Shown here: positions 55,469 through 64,000 of the stretch, piece after piece | Position numbering within the stretch: the stretch's first letter is position 1 | How the letters are laid out: every line of letters starts with the position of its first letter | Origin: a virus | DNA: 64,000 nucleotides | IMG/VR virus record: IMGVR_UViG_3300020474_000005 | Span: 1 to 64,000 of that record | Direction: 5' to 3' (one strand) | Notes under the pieces: generated by a model | The model's input: the letters and a program-made list of their open reading frames with translations, nothing else | Databases searched by the model: none | What the model was told of the DNA's origin: nothing | Program-made: the position numbers and the translations under genes

Positions 55469-56070
55469 TTAACATTCTCCCACAATTTTATAATTTTATC
55501 AGCGCCTTCTGGTCTTATGTCTTTAGTAAGTTCATCGTGCCAGTTGGTCAAGTAGTTCATGTTTATGTTAATCCTGCTTCTTTTATCTGTACAAGTCGTG
55601 CCTGTGTGTTCCATGTAACTTGGAAATACCACCATTGAATTTTCTACACTAGGAACTTTTGTGCCATCTTTAAATTCAGTGTAACCATCTGTTGTGTTTA
55701 CATAATAAATTGCGGTGTAACTTAATGCCACTCTTGTATCTGCATGGAATCCATGCTTAATAATTTTTTCTGTTCTTGGTATGTTGTTTGCTTTTACTCT
55801 AATAAAAGTATTTGCTTTCAATACATTAAAGATTGGATAAAGCATTACCCAATTACTGTGTTCAGTGGTCACATCGGAAACTCCATGAAAGTTGTGTTGA
55901 AACTGTAATTGTTCTTTTTCCTCAGTCATTTTTTGTGCATCTTCAACAACGTGTTCCGAGTAATACCAAGGAAAATGATCACTTAACATTTTGTCCGTAA
56001 GTATCTTAAATTCTTCTTTTTGAATTACATTGGTGCAAATTAATTTGCCTTTTTCAATTCTTGTTTCCAT
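55465..56070 (-). CDS. 2OG-Fe(II) oxygenase
   Basis: GFHAD, TAIYYVNTTDGYTEF, VENSMVVF....EH, terminal R.NIN.NY. Confidence 0.75.
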   Translation of the reverse strand: METRIEKGKLICTNVIQKEEFKILTDKMLSDHFPWYYSEHVVEDAQKMTEEKEQLQFQHNFHGVSDVTTEHSNWVMLYPIFNVLKANTFIRVKANNIPRTEKIIKHGFHADTRVALSYTAIYYVNTTDGYTEFKDGTKVPSVENSMVVFPSYMEHTGTTCTDKRSRININMNYLTNWHDELTKDIRPEGADKIIKLWENVK

Positions 56071-57307
56071 TAACCTTGTCCACTATGTTTGATGTTGAAA
56101 AACCTTCTACTGTTGGAAATATTATCACTTCGGCAAGGTCATTTCCGACCACTGTGTCGAACGTGTAATCTCCACCTTTTACAATCACGTTTGGTGTATG
56201 TTCTTTTAATGCATCTATGGGAGTATCTTGTTCAAATACAACCACTTGGTCCACCCAGGGCAGTTGTAATAGTTGTTGTTCTCTTGCCCAAGCATTATTG
56301 AATGGTCTATCGTCACCCTTTAATCTTTTTACACTTGCATCAGAATTAATTCCAACAATTAATCTATCTCCTTGCTGTTTCGCAAATTTTAATAATTCTA
56401 AATGTCCTTTATGCAGAATATCAAAAACGCCATTTGTCCATACCACTGTGTCTTCAATATCTGATCTATCTATTATAGATACTCCTCTTTTTTGCACAAT
56501 TTTTTCTGCACCTTTAACTGCTAATTCACAACAAGCAATCATATTGTTGGTTTTAAAATAATGTGCAATTATGGCAAGTACAGAATCACCTGCACCACTT
56601 ACATCTGCAACTTCAACAGTATTGCTTTTAATATGATCATAAGAATCTTTAGTGACTACGTGTATACCGTTCGCTCCATCAGTTACAACAAGCCATGTCC
56701 ATACATTATCTTCACACATTTTTTTAGCAGTTTCAATATTAAAATTACCAAACCATGCTTCATATTCTTTCATATTTGGTTTGACTAAAAATGCACCAAC
56801 GTATCTACTAAATCCTTGTTTTGGATCCACATATACATTCTTACATTTTTCTAAAATTTTCGTTATTGTATCTTTTTTGATTACTCCTTTGTTGTAATCA
56901 CTTACAATTACCACATCGGTTTCATTTAAATTTTCAAGCAGTATTTCAACAGGAGTATCTGCCTTATATTTCTCCTCCTTGTCCACACGAATAAGGTGTT
57001 GTCCGTTCTGTCCTATGATTCTAGTTTTGGTAGTTGTCATTTCACCATCTTGGCACAGATGCGACTTTACTCCATTTTGCAGTAAAATTTCTTGGATTTT
57101 GTGTCCGGGGATGTCGTTGCCCACGGCACCATAAAGCCACGTGTCTGTGCCCAAGTTTGATAGGTTTAACGCTAGGTTTCCAGCGCCTCCAACATTGAAA
57201 TCTTTGTTTGTTTCTTTAACTACAAGCACCGGTGCTTCTGGACTCACTTTTTGGCAATCGCCCTGTGTCCACATATCAAGCATTACATCACCGATGATTT
57301 TAATCAT
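56054..57307 (-). CDS. hldE: Bifunctional heptose-7-phosphate kinase / heptose-1-phosphate nucleotidyltransferase
   Basis: IGDVMLD, SPEAPV, GGAGNLA.NL, SDYNKG, VDPK, KPN..E, DVSGAGDS; then TNGVFDILHKGH, GINSDASVKRLKG..RP, KGGDY, GFSTS. Confidence 0.92.
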   Translation of the reverse strand: MIKIIGDVMLDMWTQGDCQKVSPEAPVLVVKETNKDFNVGGAGNLALNLSNLGTDTWLYGAVGNDIPGHKIQEILLQNGVKSHLCQDGEMTTTKTRIIGQNGQHLIRVDKEEKYKADTPVEILLENLNETDVVIVSDYNKGVIKKDTITKILEKCKNVYVDPKQGFSRYVGAFLVKPNMKEYEAWFGNFNIETAKKMCEDNVWTWLVVTDGANGIHVVTKDSYDHIKSNTVEVADVSGAGDSVLAIIAHYFKTNNMIACCELAVKGAEKIVQKRGVSIIDRSDIEDTVVWTNGVFDILHKGHLELLKFAKQQGDRLIVGINSDASVKRLKGDDRPFNNAWAREQQLLQLPWVDQVVVFEQDTPIDALKEHTPNVIVKGGDYTFDTVVGNDLAEVIIFPTVEGFSTSNIVDKVNGNKN

Positions 57308-57735
57308 TACATTAATTTTAACATTTTGAACACAGTATCTAATTTGACCTGGTTCATTTTATTTTGAAGAGTCTTACGTAAACCTTGGTGTAATGGCTTG
57401 GGCCAATTACCAAAACTTACCCACGCATATCCATCGTGTTCTGTGTTTAATTTTGGAATAAATTCTTTCTCTACAACACACAAGAAAGTGTGATATAAAA
57501 AATTTTCATCATTGCTTATAAAAGTTTCCATAGGTATTTTCTTTTTTATTTCTACTTCACCTACTTCCTCTTTAATCTCTCTATGTAGTCCTTCCCATAA
57601 ATTTTCATCTACGGTTGTGCCACCTACTAATCCCCATACGTGATTTTGTTTGCTCTGCACTCTATGAAGTACTAAAAACCTTTGGGTATCCAAAGTATAG
57701 AAGAGTGCACCGCACCCTATAATTTTACTGCTCAT
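57307..57735 (-). CDS. Nudix hydrolase
   Basis: Nudix box WGLVGG....E....GLHREIKEEVG; LNTEHDGYAW. Confidence 0.85.
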   Translation of the reverse strand: MSSKIIGCGALFYTLDTQRFLVLHRVQSKQNHVWGLVGGTTVDENLWEGLHREIKEEVGEVEIKKKIPMETFISNDENFLYHTFLCVVEKEFIPKLNTEHDGYAWVSFGNWPKPLHQGLRKTLQNKMNQVKLDTVFKMLKLM

Positions 57736-57751
57736 GTTAATAATTATGTGA

Positions 57752-59209
57752 TTAAGAGATCTTCCAGGTTCCTTTACGATATTCGCCTTCGAAACTTAAT
57801 ATCCATTCACTACCATTCCATTTATATTGGATACCAGTTTTTAAATTGGTAATGTATGTTGGTGTAAATGTGCTATCACCTGGATCAGGATTTGTACTTG
57901 CGTCAAATATTATTTGCCAATTTGCACCATTCCATTCTACAATGTCATTGGCACTTGCAATTAAATCTACATTGCTGTTGCTTTTCCAAGCATCTGCACC
58001 ATCTGTGTTTTGTGAACTACCAATATCTTTTAGTAGCAATACACGTTTTCCATTTTGTTTAATTGCACTTGGATTAAATGTTGTAGGATCAACAATAAAG
58101 TCTACACTACCTCTTGTATCTTGAGGTCCTACTATTACTGTGTCTGTAGGTATTGTGTCCATGTCCCACGTGACCAATAATTGCATAGGATTAGATTCGT
58201 TCAATGCAATAGTTCCTACTACAGGCACATCTATACCTTCTCTGTTCAATTGTATTTTACTTAAACCTGCTTTGTAATTTAACAACACATCTAAATATCC
58301 GTTCCATGCTAATCCGCCTATCACGCCTTTGTCAATTATAGATGCTGTTTGTCCTAGGACGTAGATATCGAATTGTGTTCCTGTTGTGCCTTGTACACTA
58401 GCAGTATCTTTACGCGAAGCAACGCTTGTATCGACGCTACCATCAGCATTTGTTCTGATTGACGCTTTAATACTTTTGTCATAGTCATCTTGATATGCCA
58501 TTAGTTCTGGCATAGATTGACTTAGGTCTATGTTCCCAGTCTTTTCGTTGAATATACTTGTAATAATATGAGTAATCACTCCTAATTTTTTTACTTTGGT
58601 TGGTGGACTAATGAATATAGGCATACTGAAAGTTAATGTTGCCACGTCCACTTCTGTTTCTGTACCAACAGGAATAGACCTGCTAGAAAAATTTATATTG
58701 TCTAATTCAACTACACTCAAACTTGTCCAGTCTATATAATTGTCAGTGGTTTGAATTTCTAAACTTGGATTGAATAACATACAAATTTGTTCTATTATTT
58801 GTAATTTTTGTTCTGTATTGCTTGACCAAATATCACAGTTCACTGTTAATGTGTATGGAGTTGGCATCAGTCTTTCAACTGTAACATTTTTTCCTTGCGT
58901 GTTTAGGTATTCTTTGCCTGTTGCATCGTAGGAACGTTCTCTTAAATGTACTTTACTAATAAAACTTGCATCAGATAATCTTGTTCTATCCATTTGCAAG
59001 TTGGTAATGTATATTCCCATTCTAGGAATGCTTGGCAATTTATTTTCGGAATTATCTCTGATTATGTGTGCAACTTGACGTGTCATATCACCATACATTA
59101 CAGGGATAGTTCTTAATGCATCATCACCATCTTTGTAAGAAAAATTACTCATCAATCTAATGATCTGAGTAATATATCTTCTAACCTGTCCGTCGTAAAA
59201 ATGTTGCAT
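57752..59209 (-). CDS. Tail sheath stabiliser/terminator (T4 gp15-like) with C-terminal extension
   Basis: FYDGQVRRYITQ..R.MSNF, IPVMYGD, P.PY.L, QKLQIIEQI..LFNP. Confidence 0.8.
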   Translation of the reverse strand: MQHFYDGQVRRYITQIIRLMSNFSYKDGDDALRTIPVMYGDMTRQVAHIIRDNSENKLPSIPRMGIYITNLQMDRTRLSDASFISKVHLRERSYDATGKEYLNTQGKNVTVERLMPTPYTLTVNCDIWSSNTEQKLQIIEQICMLFNPSLEIQTTDNYIDWTSLSVVELDNINFSSRSIPVGTETEVDVATLTFSMPIFISPPTKVKKLGVITHIITSIFNEKTGNIDLSQSMPELMAYQDDYDKSIKASIRTNADGSVDTSVASRKDTASVQGTTGTQFDIYVLGQTASIIDKGVIGGLAWNGYLDVLLNYKAGLSKIQLNREGIDVPVVGTIALNESNPMQLLVTWDMDTIPTDTVIVGPQDTRGSVDFIVDPTTFNPSAIKQNGKRVLLLKDIGSSQNTDGADAWKSNSNVDLIASANDIVEWNGANWQIIFDASTNPDPGDSTFTPTYITNLKTGIQYKWNGSEWILSFEGEYRKGTWKIS

Positions 59210-59361
59210 TATTTTTTCTCTTTATTCTTTTCATTAATCTTGTTACCAACAGGTTCGTAATAAGTTCTTACTTTACCCATTAATTTTTTTGAAACTTTTT
59301 TAAGTCCAACTGCTTTTTCTGTACCTGGTATAGGTATTCCCCAAAGTTCTCTTAATCTCAT
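59209..59361 (-). CDS. 50-aa basic protein (not in ORF track)
   Basis: MRLRELWGIPIPGTEKAVGLKKVSKKLMGKVRTYYEPVGNKINEKNKEKK*; coupled at both ends by TAATG overlaps. Confidence 0.7.
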   Translation of the reverse strand: MRLRELWGIPIPGTEKAVGLKKVSKKLMGKVRTYYEPVGNKINEKNKEKK

Positions 59362-60518
59362 TATCCGTCCGCCTTAGGTTTAAGTGCTTTTGATAGACTT
59401 TGTCTTTCTGTAACAGTTTCACCAGCAATAGATGATGTTTTTGTGTTATTAACGAAAGTACCTTTCAAGTTGCTTCTTGTATCTGTGTTAGATAATGTCA
59501 TACGCACATTGTCTTCCATTTTAATCCAACGTCCACCATCGTATCTAAACAATCTATTAGGTAAAAAATCTGTTCTTAAGAAATAATCACCTTTGTCTGA
59601 AGCACTCGGAAAACTAATTCCAAATCCAAATACTTCTCCGTTAGGTGCAAGTCCGTCTCCTAATAGATAACCATCATAACCTGATTTACTAGGCGTTTGA
59701 TTAATTCTGTCTGTTAAGGTATTGTGTGTTGTTGTATCTAAAGTAGAAGTATCTGTTGTTACTAGTTCAGGCTTACCTTTGTCATCTACTTGTAAGGTAT
59801 ATAAATTTGTTGTATCGTAACCTGCTTTTTTAGTATTTGCTTCTGCTTGAGCAACAACGGCATTGTTAATTTGCATTTCTTTTTCGTAAGTTGAAAGCAC
59901 ATCACGTAAAGTTTTTCCATCTCCAGCACCAGCGTCTTTTTGTAGTATTTCTTTGAACTCTTGACTGTCGTAAATTTGTTTTAATTTTACTCTATACAAG
60001 TGTGGATACCATGTTGCCGAAAATCCTTCAGCGGCTCTGTTGACATCTTCCACAACATAAAACCTTTTCAATGCTACATTAAAATCATTTAAAGCATATT
60101 CGTCTTTAAGATGTGGTAATTCAAATACATCACCTGGCATCACCTTTCTACCCAATACTTTCACACTAGAAGTTATAGGTATGGTCATGAATAAAGTGTC
60201 GTTCTGTAAAAATAAACCAAATTGACTCATATCAAAGTCAATATCTTGCACGTTGTAAATGCCTCTTAAATTATAAATTGATGAATCATATTTTCTATCG
60301 CGGTTTTCTAAAAACAGCATATCTTGAATATTTGTTTCTTTTACTGAATCGTACCTAGGTTCATCAGATGTGGCATCTGCTTCAGCAGGATTTTTAGGTC
60401 CTAAATATTTGTGGACAAAAACGTCTGTTCCACCCACAGTAAACATCTCTACTACGGTCTTATCTAAAAACGTGTAATCCTGACCTTTTTCCGGCTTATA
60501 TAGACTTAATCTAGGCAT
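59361..60518 (-). CDS. Neck protein (T4 gp14-like)
   Basis: MPRLSLYKPEK start 7 nt after TAAATA; IQDMLFLENRDRKYD, FDMSQFGLFL, GRKVMPGDVFELPHL, WYPHLYR. Confidence 0.7.
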   Translation of the reverse strand: MPRLSLYKPEKGQDYTFLDKTVVEMFTVGGTDVFVHKYLGPKNPAEADATSDEPRYDSVKETNIQDMLFLENRDRKYDSSIYNLRGIYNVQDIDFDMSQFGLFLQNDTLFMTIPITSSVKVLGRKVMPGDVFELPHLKDEYALNDFNVALKRFYVVEDVNRAAEGFSATWYPHLYRVKLKQIYDSQEFKEILQKDAGAGDGKTLRDVLSTYEKEMQINNAVVAQAEANTKKAGYDTTNLYTLQVDDKGKPELVTTDTSTLDTTTHNTLTDRINQTPSKSGYDGYLLGDGLAPNGEVFGFGISFPSASDKGDYFLRTDFLPNRLFRYDGGRWIKMEDNVRMTLSNTDTRSNLKGTFVNNTKTSSIAGETVTERQSLSKALKPKADG

Positions 60519-60574
60519 AGACATATATTTATCGGATGGTGGTGAGTGATAAATATATGTAAGGAACGTATTAA

Positions 60575-61333
60575 ATGGCAAATTTAACCACAGAAAAACA
60601 AGAGATATTCGACTACGTATTCAATTCGCTGGGTGGCGGAATGGTAGATGTAGAGTTGGATCCTGCCCACTATGAGACCGCTGTAAAGGATGCCTTAGAT
60701 AGATTCAGACAGAGATCGGACAATGCAGTAGAAGAAAGTTACATATTTTTACCATTAGTGCAAGATCAGAATGATTATACACTTGCTGATGAGATAATTG
60801 AAGTAAGACAAATTTTCAGAAGAAGCATTGGTTCTAGATCAGGTGGTGGAGACGGTGGTACACTATTTGAACCATTCAATCTTGCCTACACAAACACTTA
60901 CCTATTAGCAAGTTCTAATATGGGTGGTGTTGCAACTTACAATATGTTCTCGCAGTTCCAAGAATTGGTTGGAAGAATGTTTGGTTCTTTCATAGAATTT
61001 AAATGGAACACCACAACTAAAAAATTAACAATCCTACAAAGACCAAGACAGGGTGAAGAAGTTTTGATGTATGTCTATATGTACAGACCAGATACGGAAC
61101 TATTCAAAGACTATTTGGCAAAAAAATGGATTAAAGATTACACTTTGGCAAAGTGCAAATTTATGCTTGGCGAAGCCAGAAGCAAATTTAACACAATAGC
61201 AGGACCACAAGGCGGAACCACATTAAATGGTGACGCACTTAAACAAGAAGCACTTGCAGAAATGGAACGTTTGGATGCAGAAGTCAAAACTCAAACTGCT
61301 GGTGGTCAAGGTTACAGTTTCTTAATCGGCTAA
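60575..61333 (+). CDS. Neck protein (T4 gp13-like)
   Basis: LGGGMVDVELD, WIKDYTLA.CK.MLGEARSKF..IAGPQGG.TLNG..LK.EA..EME.L. Confidence 0.85.
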   Translation: MANLTTEKQEIFDYVFNSLGGGMVDVELDPAHYETAVKDALDRFRQRSDNAVEESYIFLPLVQDQNDYTLADEIIEVRQIFRRSIGSRSGGGDGGTLFEPFNLAYTNTYLLASSNMGGVATYNMFSQFQELVGRMFGSFIEFKWNTTTKKLTILQRPRQGEEVLMYVYMYRPDTELFKDYLAKKWIKDYTLAKCKFMLGEARSKFNTIAGPQGGTTLNGDALKQEALAEMERLDAEVKTQTAGGQGYSFLIG

Positions 61334-61339
61334 TTCCTA

Positions 61340-61368
61340 TTGACATTACCGTAATTTTGTTGTATTAT
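61340..61368 (+). promoter_or_regulatory. Sigma70-type early promoter
   Basis: TTGACA-N17-TATTAT; ATG 8 nt downstream. Confidence 0.8.
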
Positions 61369-61376
61369 CGTAAGAT

Positions 61377-62021
61377 ATGCAACATGAAATGATTCCGTTA
61401 TTTTCCGTGCCTTTGATCAAAACTAACATTGGAGTAATGGATCCAGTGTCTATGGCATGGGTACGTGGGTTGGATTATCCTTCCCAAAGAACAGGTACAG
61501 ATCATTCAGATGATGATTTACCTATGATGAATAGAGGTATGAAAATACTTGAAAGACCACAACTAAAAGATTTAAAATACAAAATACAAAATGCAATAAA
61601 TTATTTTGTGGGCGATGTTTTAGGCATAGTGCAAAATTTTCAAATTACAACAAGTTGGATTAACAAAACAGACAAGACAGAATACATAGACAAACATTCA
61701 CACCCAAACAGTATAATAAGTGGTGTATATTATATAAGCACAACTCCTAAATGTGCTCCAATTATTTTCAGCAAACCTCATCTATACTCTAACATTACAT
61801 TTCAAAACATACAGTTGGCGTACAGTGGTGAAAATAAAAATCAATACAATACAGATTACTATGGAATAAATCCACTGCCTGGAGAATTATTAATGTTTCC
61901 ATCTTGGTTAGAACATGAAGTATTAGAACAAGGACCAGAACACAACCGTATCAGTCTAGCATTTAATACATATCCAAAAGGAGACATTGGAGAAGGTACA
62001 AAGCAGTTAAAAATATTATGA
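61377..62021 (+). CDS. Putative 2OG-Fe(II) oxygenase (TIGR02466-like)
   Basis: SWIN, HSHPNSIISGVYY, GELLMFPSWLEHEV, RISLAFN. Confidence 0.85.
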   Translation: MQHEMIPLFSVPLIKTNIGVMDPVSMAWVRGLDYPSQRTGTDHSDDDLPMMNRGMKILERPQLKDLKYKIQNAINYFVGDVLGIVQNFQITTSWINKTDKTEYIDKHSHPNSIISGVYYISTTPKCAPIIFSKPHLYSNITFQNIQLAYSGENKNQYNTDYYGINPLPGELLMFPSWLEHEVLEQGPEHNRISLAFNTYPKGDIGEGTKQLKIL

Positions 62022-62644
62022 TAGTTGGAATTTGTGGATTAATAGGGTCTGGAAAAGACACAATAGCAGATCATTTAGTAAAAGATCATAATTTTGTAAA
62101 AATATCCTTTGCAGATAAACTTAAAGACACAGTGGCAACATTATTCGACTGGGATCGAACGTTGCTTGACGGCAAGACCGAACAAAGTAGACTATGGAGA
62201 GAACAAGAAGATCCTTATTGGAGCAAAGAATTAAAGAAAAAAGTTACTCCAAGATATGTACTTCAAGTATTTGGAACTGAATGTATGCGTGATGGATTTT
62301 ACGATGGTATTTGGGTCAGTATGTTAAAGAAGAAAGTGACTGAAAATCCAGACATAAATTGGGTTATACCCGATGTTAGATTTGAAAATGAAGTGAAAGT
62401 ACTCAATGACATAGGCGGTGAAGTATGGTGGGTAAAACGTGGTCAAATTCCTATGTGGTTTAGAATGTATCAAGACATAGGTCAAAAACCTAAGGACATA
62501 CATCCATCGGAATGGCAATGGGCAAGATCAAAATTTCATAAAGTTTTCGACAATGACAGCACTATAAATTCGCTTAAAAGTCAGGTACAAGATCACCTTG
62601 TTTCCAACGGATTCCTTCAAGGTGCAGTGTTGTTTGACAATTAG
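62018..62644 (+). CDS. Deoxynucleoside monophosphate kinase (T4 gp1-like)
   Basis: GICGLIGSGKDT, SFADKLKD, TPRYVLQVFGTE, IPDVRFENE, H.SEW. Confidence 0.9.
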   Translation: MIVGICGLIGSGKDTIADHLVKDHNFVKISFADKLKDTVATLFDWDRTLLDGKTEQSRLWREQEDPYWSKELKKKVTPRYVLQVFGTECMRDGFYDGIWVSMLKKKVTENPDINWVIPDVRFENEVKVLNDIGGEVWWVKRGQIPMWFRMYQDIGQKPKDIHPSEWQWARSKFHKVFDNDSTINSLKSQVQDHLVSNGFLQGAVLFDN

Positions 62645-62915
62645 CACACACAGTTTTTAAATTATCAAATTTACAGTTATTAAGATTAGTGTCTATATGA
62701 AACACTCTGAAATGCTCTTTGTATTCACTTTTATGACCACACTTATCACATTGTTGCTTAGGTCTATATCCTGCCACATACCATTTGGGCATATAACCAG
62801 AAGGTCCACCATAACGTAAACACATTTCACAAAGGCTTCTATAGTAAGTCTTGTTGCCCTTTTTATAGTTTACTGCCGAGGGTCTTTCGTTGCATTTATT
62901 ACATAAAGGTCTCAT
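62574..62915 (-). CDS. Zn-finger / HNH-like small protein
   Basis: CNKC, CEMC, CDKCG, VFHID.NLNN...NL.TVCANC; ATG 62915 is 7 nt after TAAATA. Confidence 0.7.
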   Translation of the reverse strand: MRPLCNKCNERPSAVNYKKGNKTYYRSLCEMCLRYGGPSGYMPKWYVAGYRPKQQCDKCGHKSEYKEHFRVFHIDTNLNNCKFDNLKTVCANCQTTLHLEGIRWKQGDLVPDF

Positions 62916-63038
62916 ATACACGTATTTACCTGCCCTTTACCACCCCTTTTCGATGCCTTTTAATTTGGTGCATTTTACCTGTATTACATAAATACAAACA
63001 ATACAAAAGTTTTATATTAAAACTAGGAGATTTAACAC

Positions 63039-64000
63039 ATGGCAATAGTTTCACCAGGAGTACAAGTCAGCGTAATTGACGAAAGTTTTTATACACCAGC
63101 CGAACCAGGCACGGTGCCAATGATCTTTGTTGCGACAGCACAAGATAAAACATCAAGCACAGGAACAGGAACAGCATCAGGAACAACAGCGGCTAACGCC
63201 GGCAAAGTTTTCTTAATGACTTCTCAAAGAGAGTTAGCAGAAACGTTTGGTGATCCAGTATTCAAAACAGATACAAGCAATAATCCAATCCATGGTGGTG
63301 AAACTAATGAGTTTGGATTACAAGCGGCTTATTCATACTTAGGTGTTGCCAACAGAGCATACGTTGTAAGAGCAGATGTTGACTTAGGTCAATTAGAAGC
63401 AAGTGCAAATGCACCAGCGGCAAATCCAGCATCAGGAACATATTGGTTTGACACAGCAAGTTCAAGATATGGTATATTTGAATGGAATGGTTCAGCGGCA
63501 ACTGTAACAGGTGGTCAATCATTCACAAACAAAATTCCAACAGTAATCACATCAACTACACAATTATCAGCAGGACTAGGAAGTGCACCAAAAACTTCAG
63601 TTGGTTCAATTGGTGATTATGCGATTACGGCTACAGACACAAACAACGATGTATACTACAAACAATACGACGGAAGTTGGGTTGCAGTAGGAACAGCGGC
63701 TTGGGTAGCATCAAGACCAACAATAGCAGGTGGTACTCCAGGTACTATCACAGGTGGTCAAAATTTCACAATCACTATTAACAGTGCGGCAACAACAATC
63801 ACAGCAAGTGGTACAACAGTTACAGATATAGCAAGTGATATCAGCGGTGCTGGTGTTTCAGGTTTATCTGCAAGAGTTAATGGTGGTAAATTAGATATTC
63901 ATTACAACGGTTCAAATGATAGTGCAGTAATAATAGCAGATGGTACAATGACGATCTCAACTGCTTTAGGTATTACAGCAGGAACTTATTATGTTCCAGC
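63039..64000 (+). CDS. Tail sheath protein (T4 gp18-like), 5' part; not in ORF track
   Basis: MAIVSPGVQVSVIDESFY...SQRELAETFGDP.F...ETNEFGLQAAYSYLGVANRAYVVRAD; SD AGGAG; open to the window end. Confidence 0.9.
   Translation, partial: MAIVSPGVQVSVIDESFYTPAEPGTVPMIFVATAQDKTSSTGTGTASGTTAANAGKVFLMTSQRELAETFGDPVFKTDTSNNPIHGGETNEFGLQAAYSYLGVANRAYVVRADVDLGQLEASANAPAANPASGTYWFDTASSRYGIFEWNGSAATVTGGQSFTNKIPTVITSTTQLSAGLGSAPKTSVGSIGDYAITATDTNNDVYYKQYDGSWVAVGTAAWVASRPTIAGGTPGTITGGQNFTITINSAATTITASGTTVTDIASDISGAGVSGLSARVNGGKLDIHYNGSNDSAVIIADGTMTISTALGITAGTYYVP

Noticed and set aside
707-63522. Many antisense or alternate-frame ORFs in the track (e.g. 2854..3606, 16856..17503, 21608..22111, 46706..47218)
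   Set aside because: They are shadows of long sense genes with biased codon usage and show no recognisable motifs.
1-64000. Stop-codon reassignment, introns or inteins
   Set aside because: The standard code gives full-length, densely packed genes, and portal, gp21 and gp23 are uninterrupted.
1-64000. Assignment as a cyanophage because of the phycobiliprotein-like motifs
   Set aside because: No photosynthesis genes or other host-diagnostic markers are in the window; the host remains undetermined.

Overview
The window is a ~64 kb piece of a large, AT-rich T4-like (myovirus) phage genome, probably aquatic; the host cannot be determined. It covers the morphogenesis region: baseplate hub/chaperone, tape-measure-like protein, portal gp20, prohead core, gp21, gp22, major capsid gp23, ~40 kb of mosaic baseplate/tail-fibre genes, gp15, gp14, gp13, dNMP kinase and the start of sheath gp18. 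No tRNA, rRNA, CRISPR array, integrase or transposase was seen. Main unusual points: (1) two tetrapyrrole-biosynthesis genes, an N-terminally truncated hemB under a sigma70 promoter and a hemD-like ORF missed by the ORF track at the left edge, co-occur with helical domains in two giant fibre proteins that resemble phycobiliprotein subunits and keep the bilin-attachment C-x-R-D motif, suggesting bilin-decorated virions (hypothesis). (2) A cassette of three ~9-10% Cys paralogues, two chaperone-like paralogues, two GT9-like glycosyltransferases with Arg at the catalytic Asp position, and a carbamoyltransferase; a separate ADP-heptose operon (hldE, hldD) lies downstream. (3) A probable -1 programmed frameshift joining the gp26-like and gp51-like ORFs. 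(4) Two candidate structured leader RNAs and many apparently leaderless transcripts. (5) A catalytically dead esterase domain inserted in a virion protein. All family assignments are from motif recognition by eye; no database searches were run.
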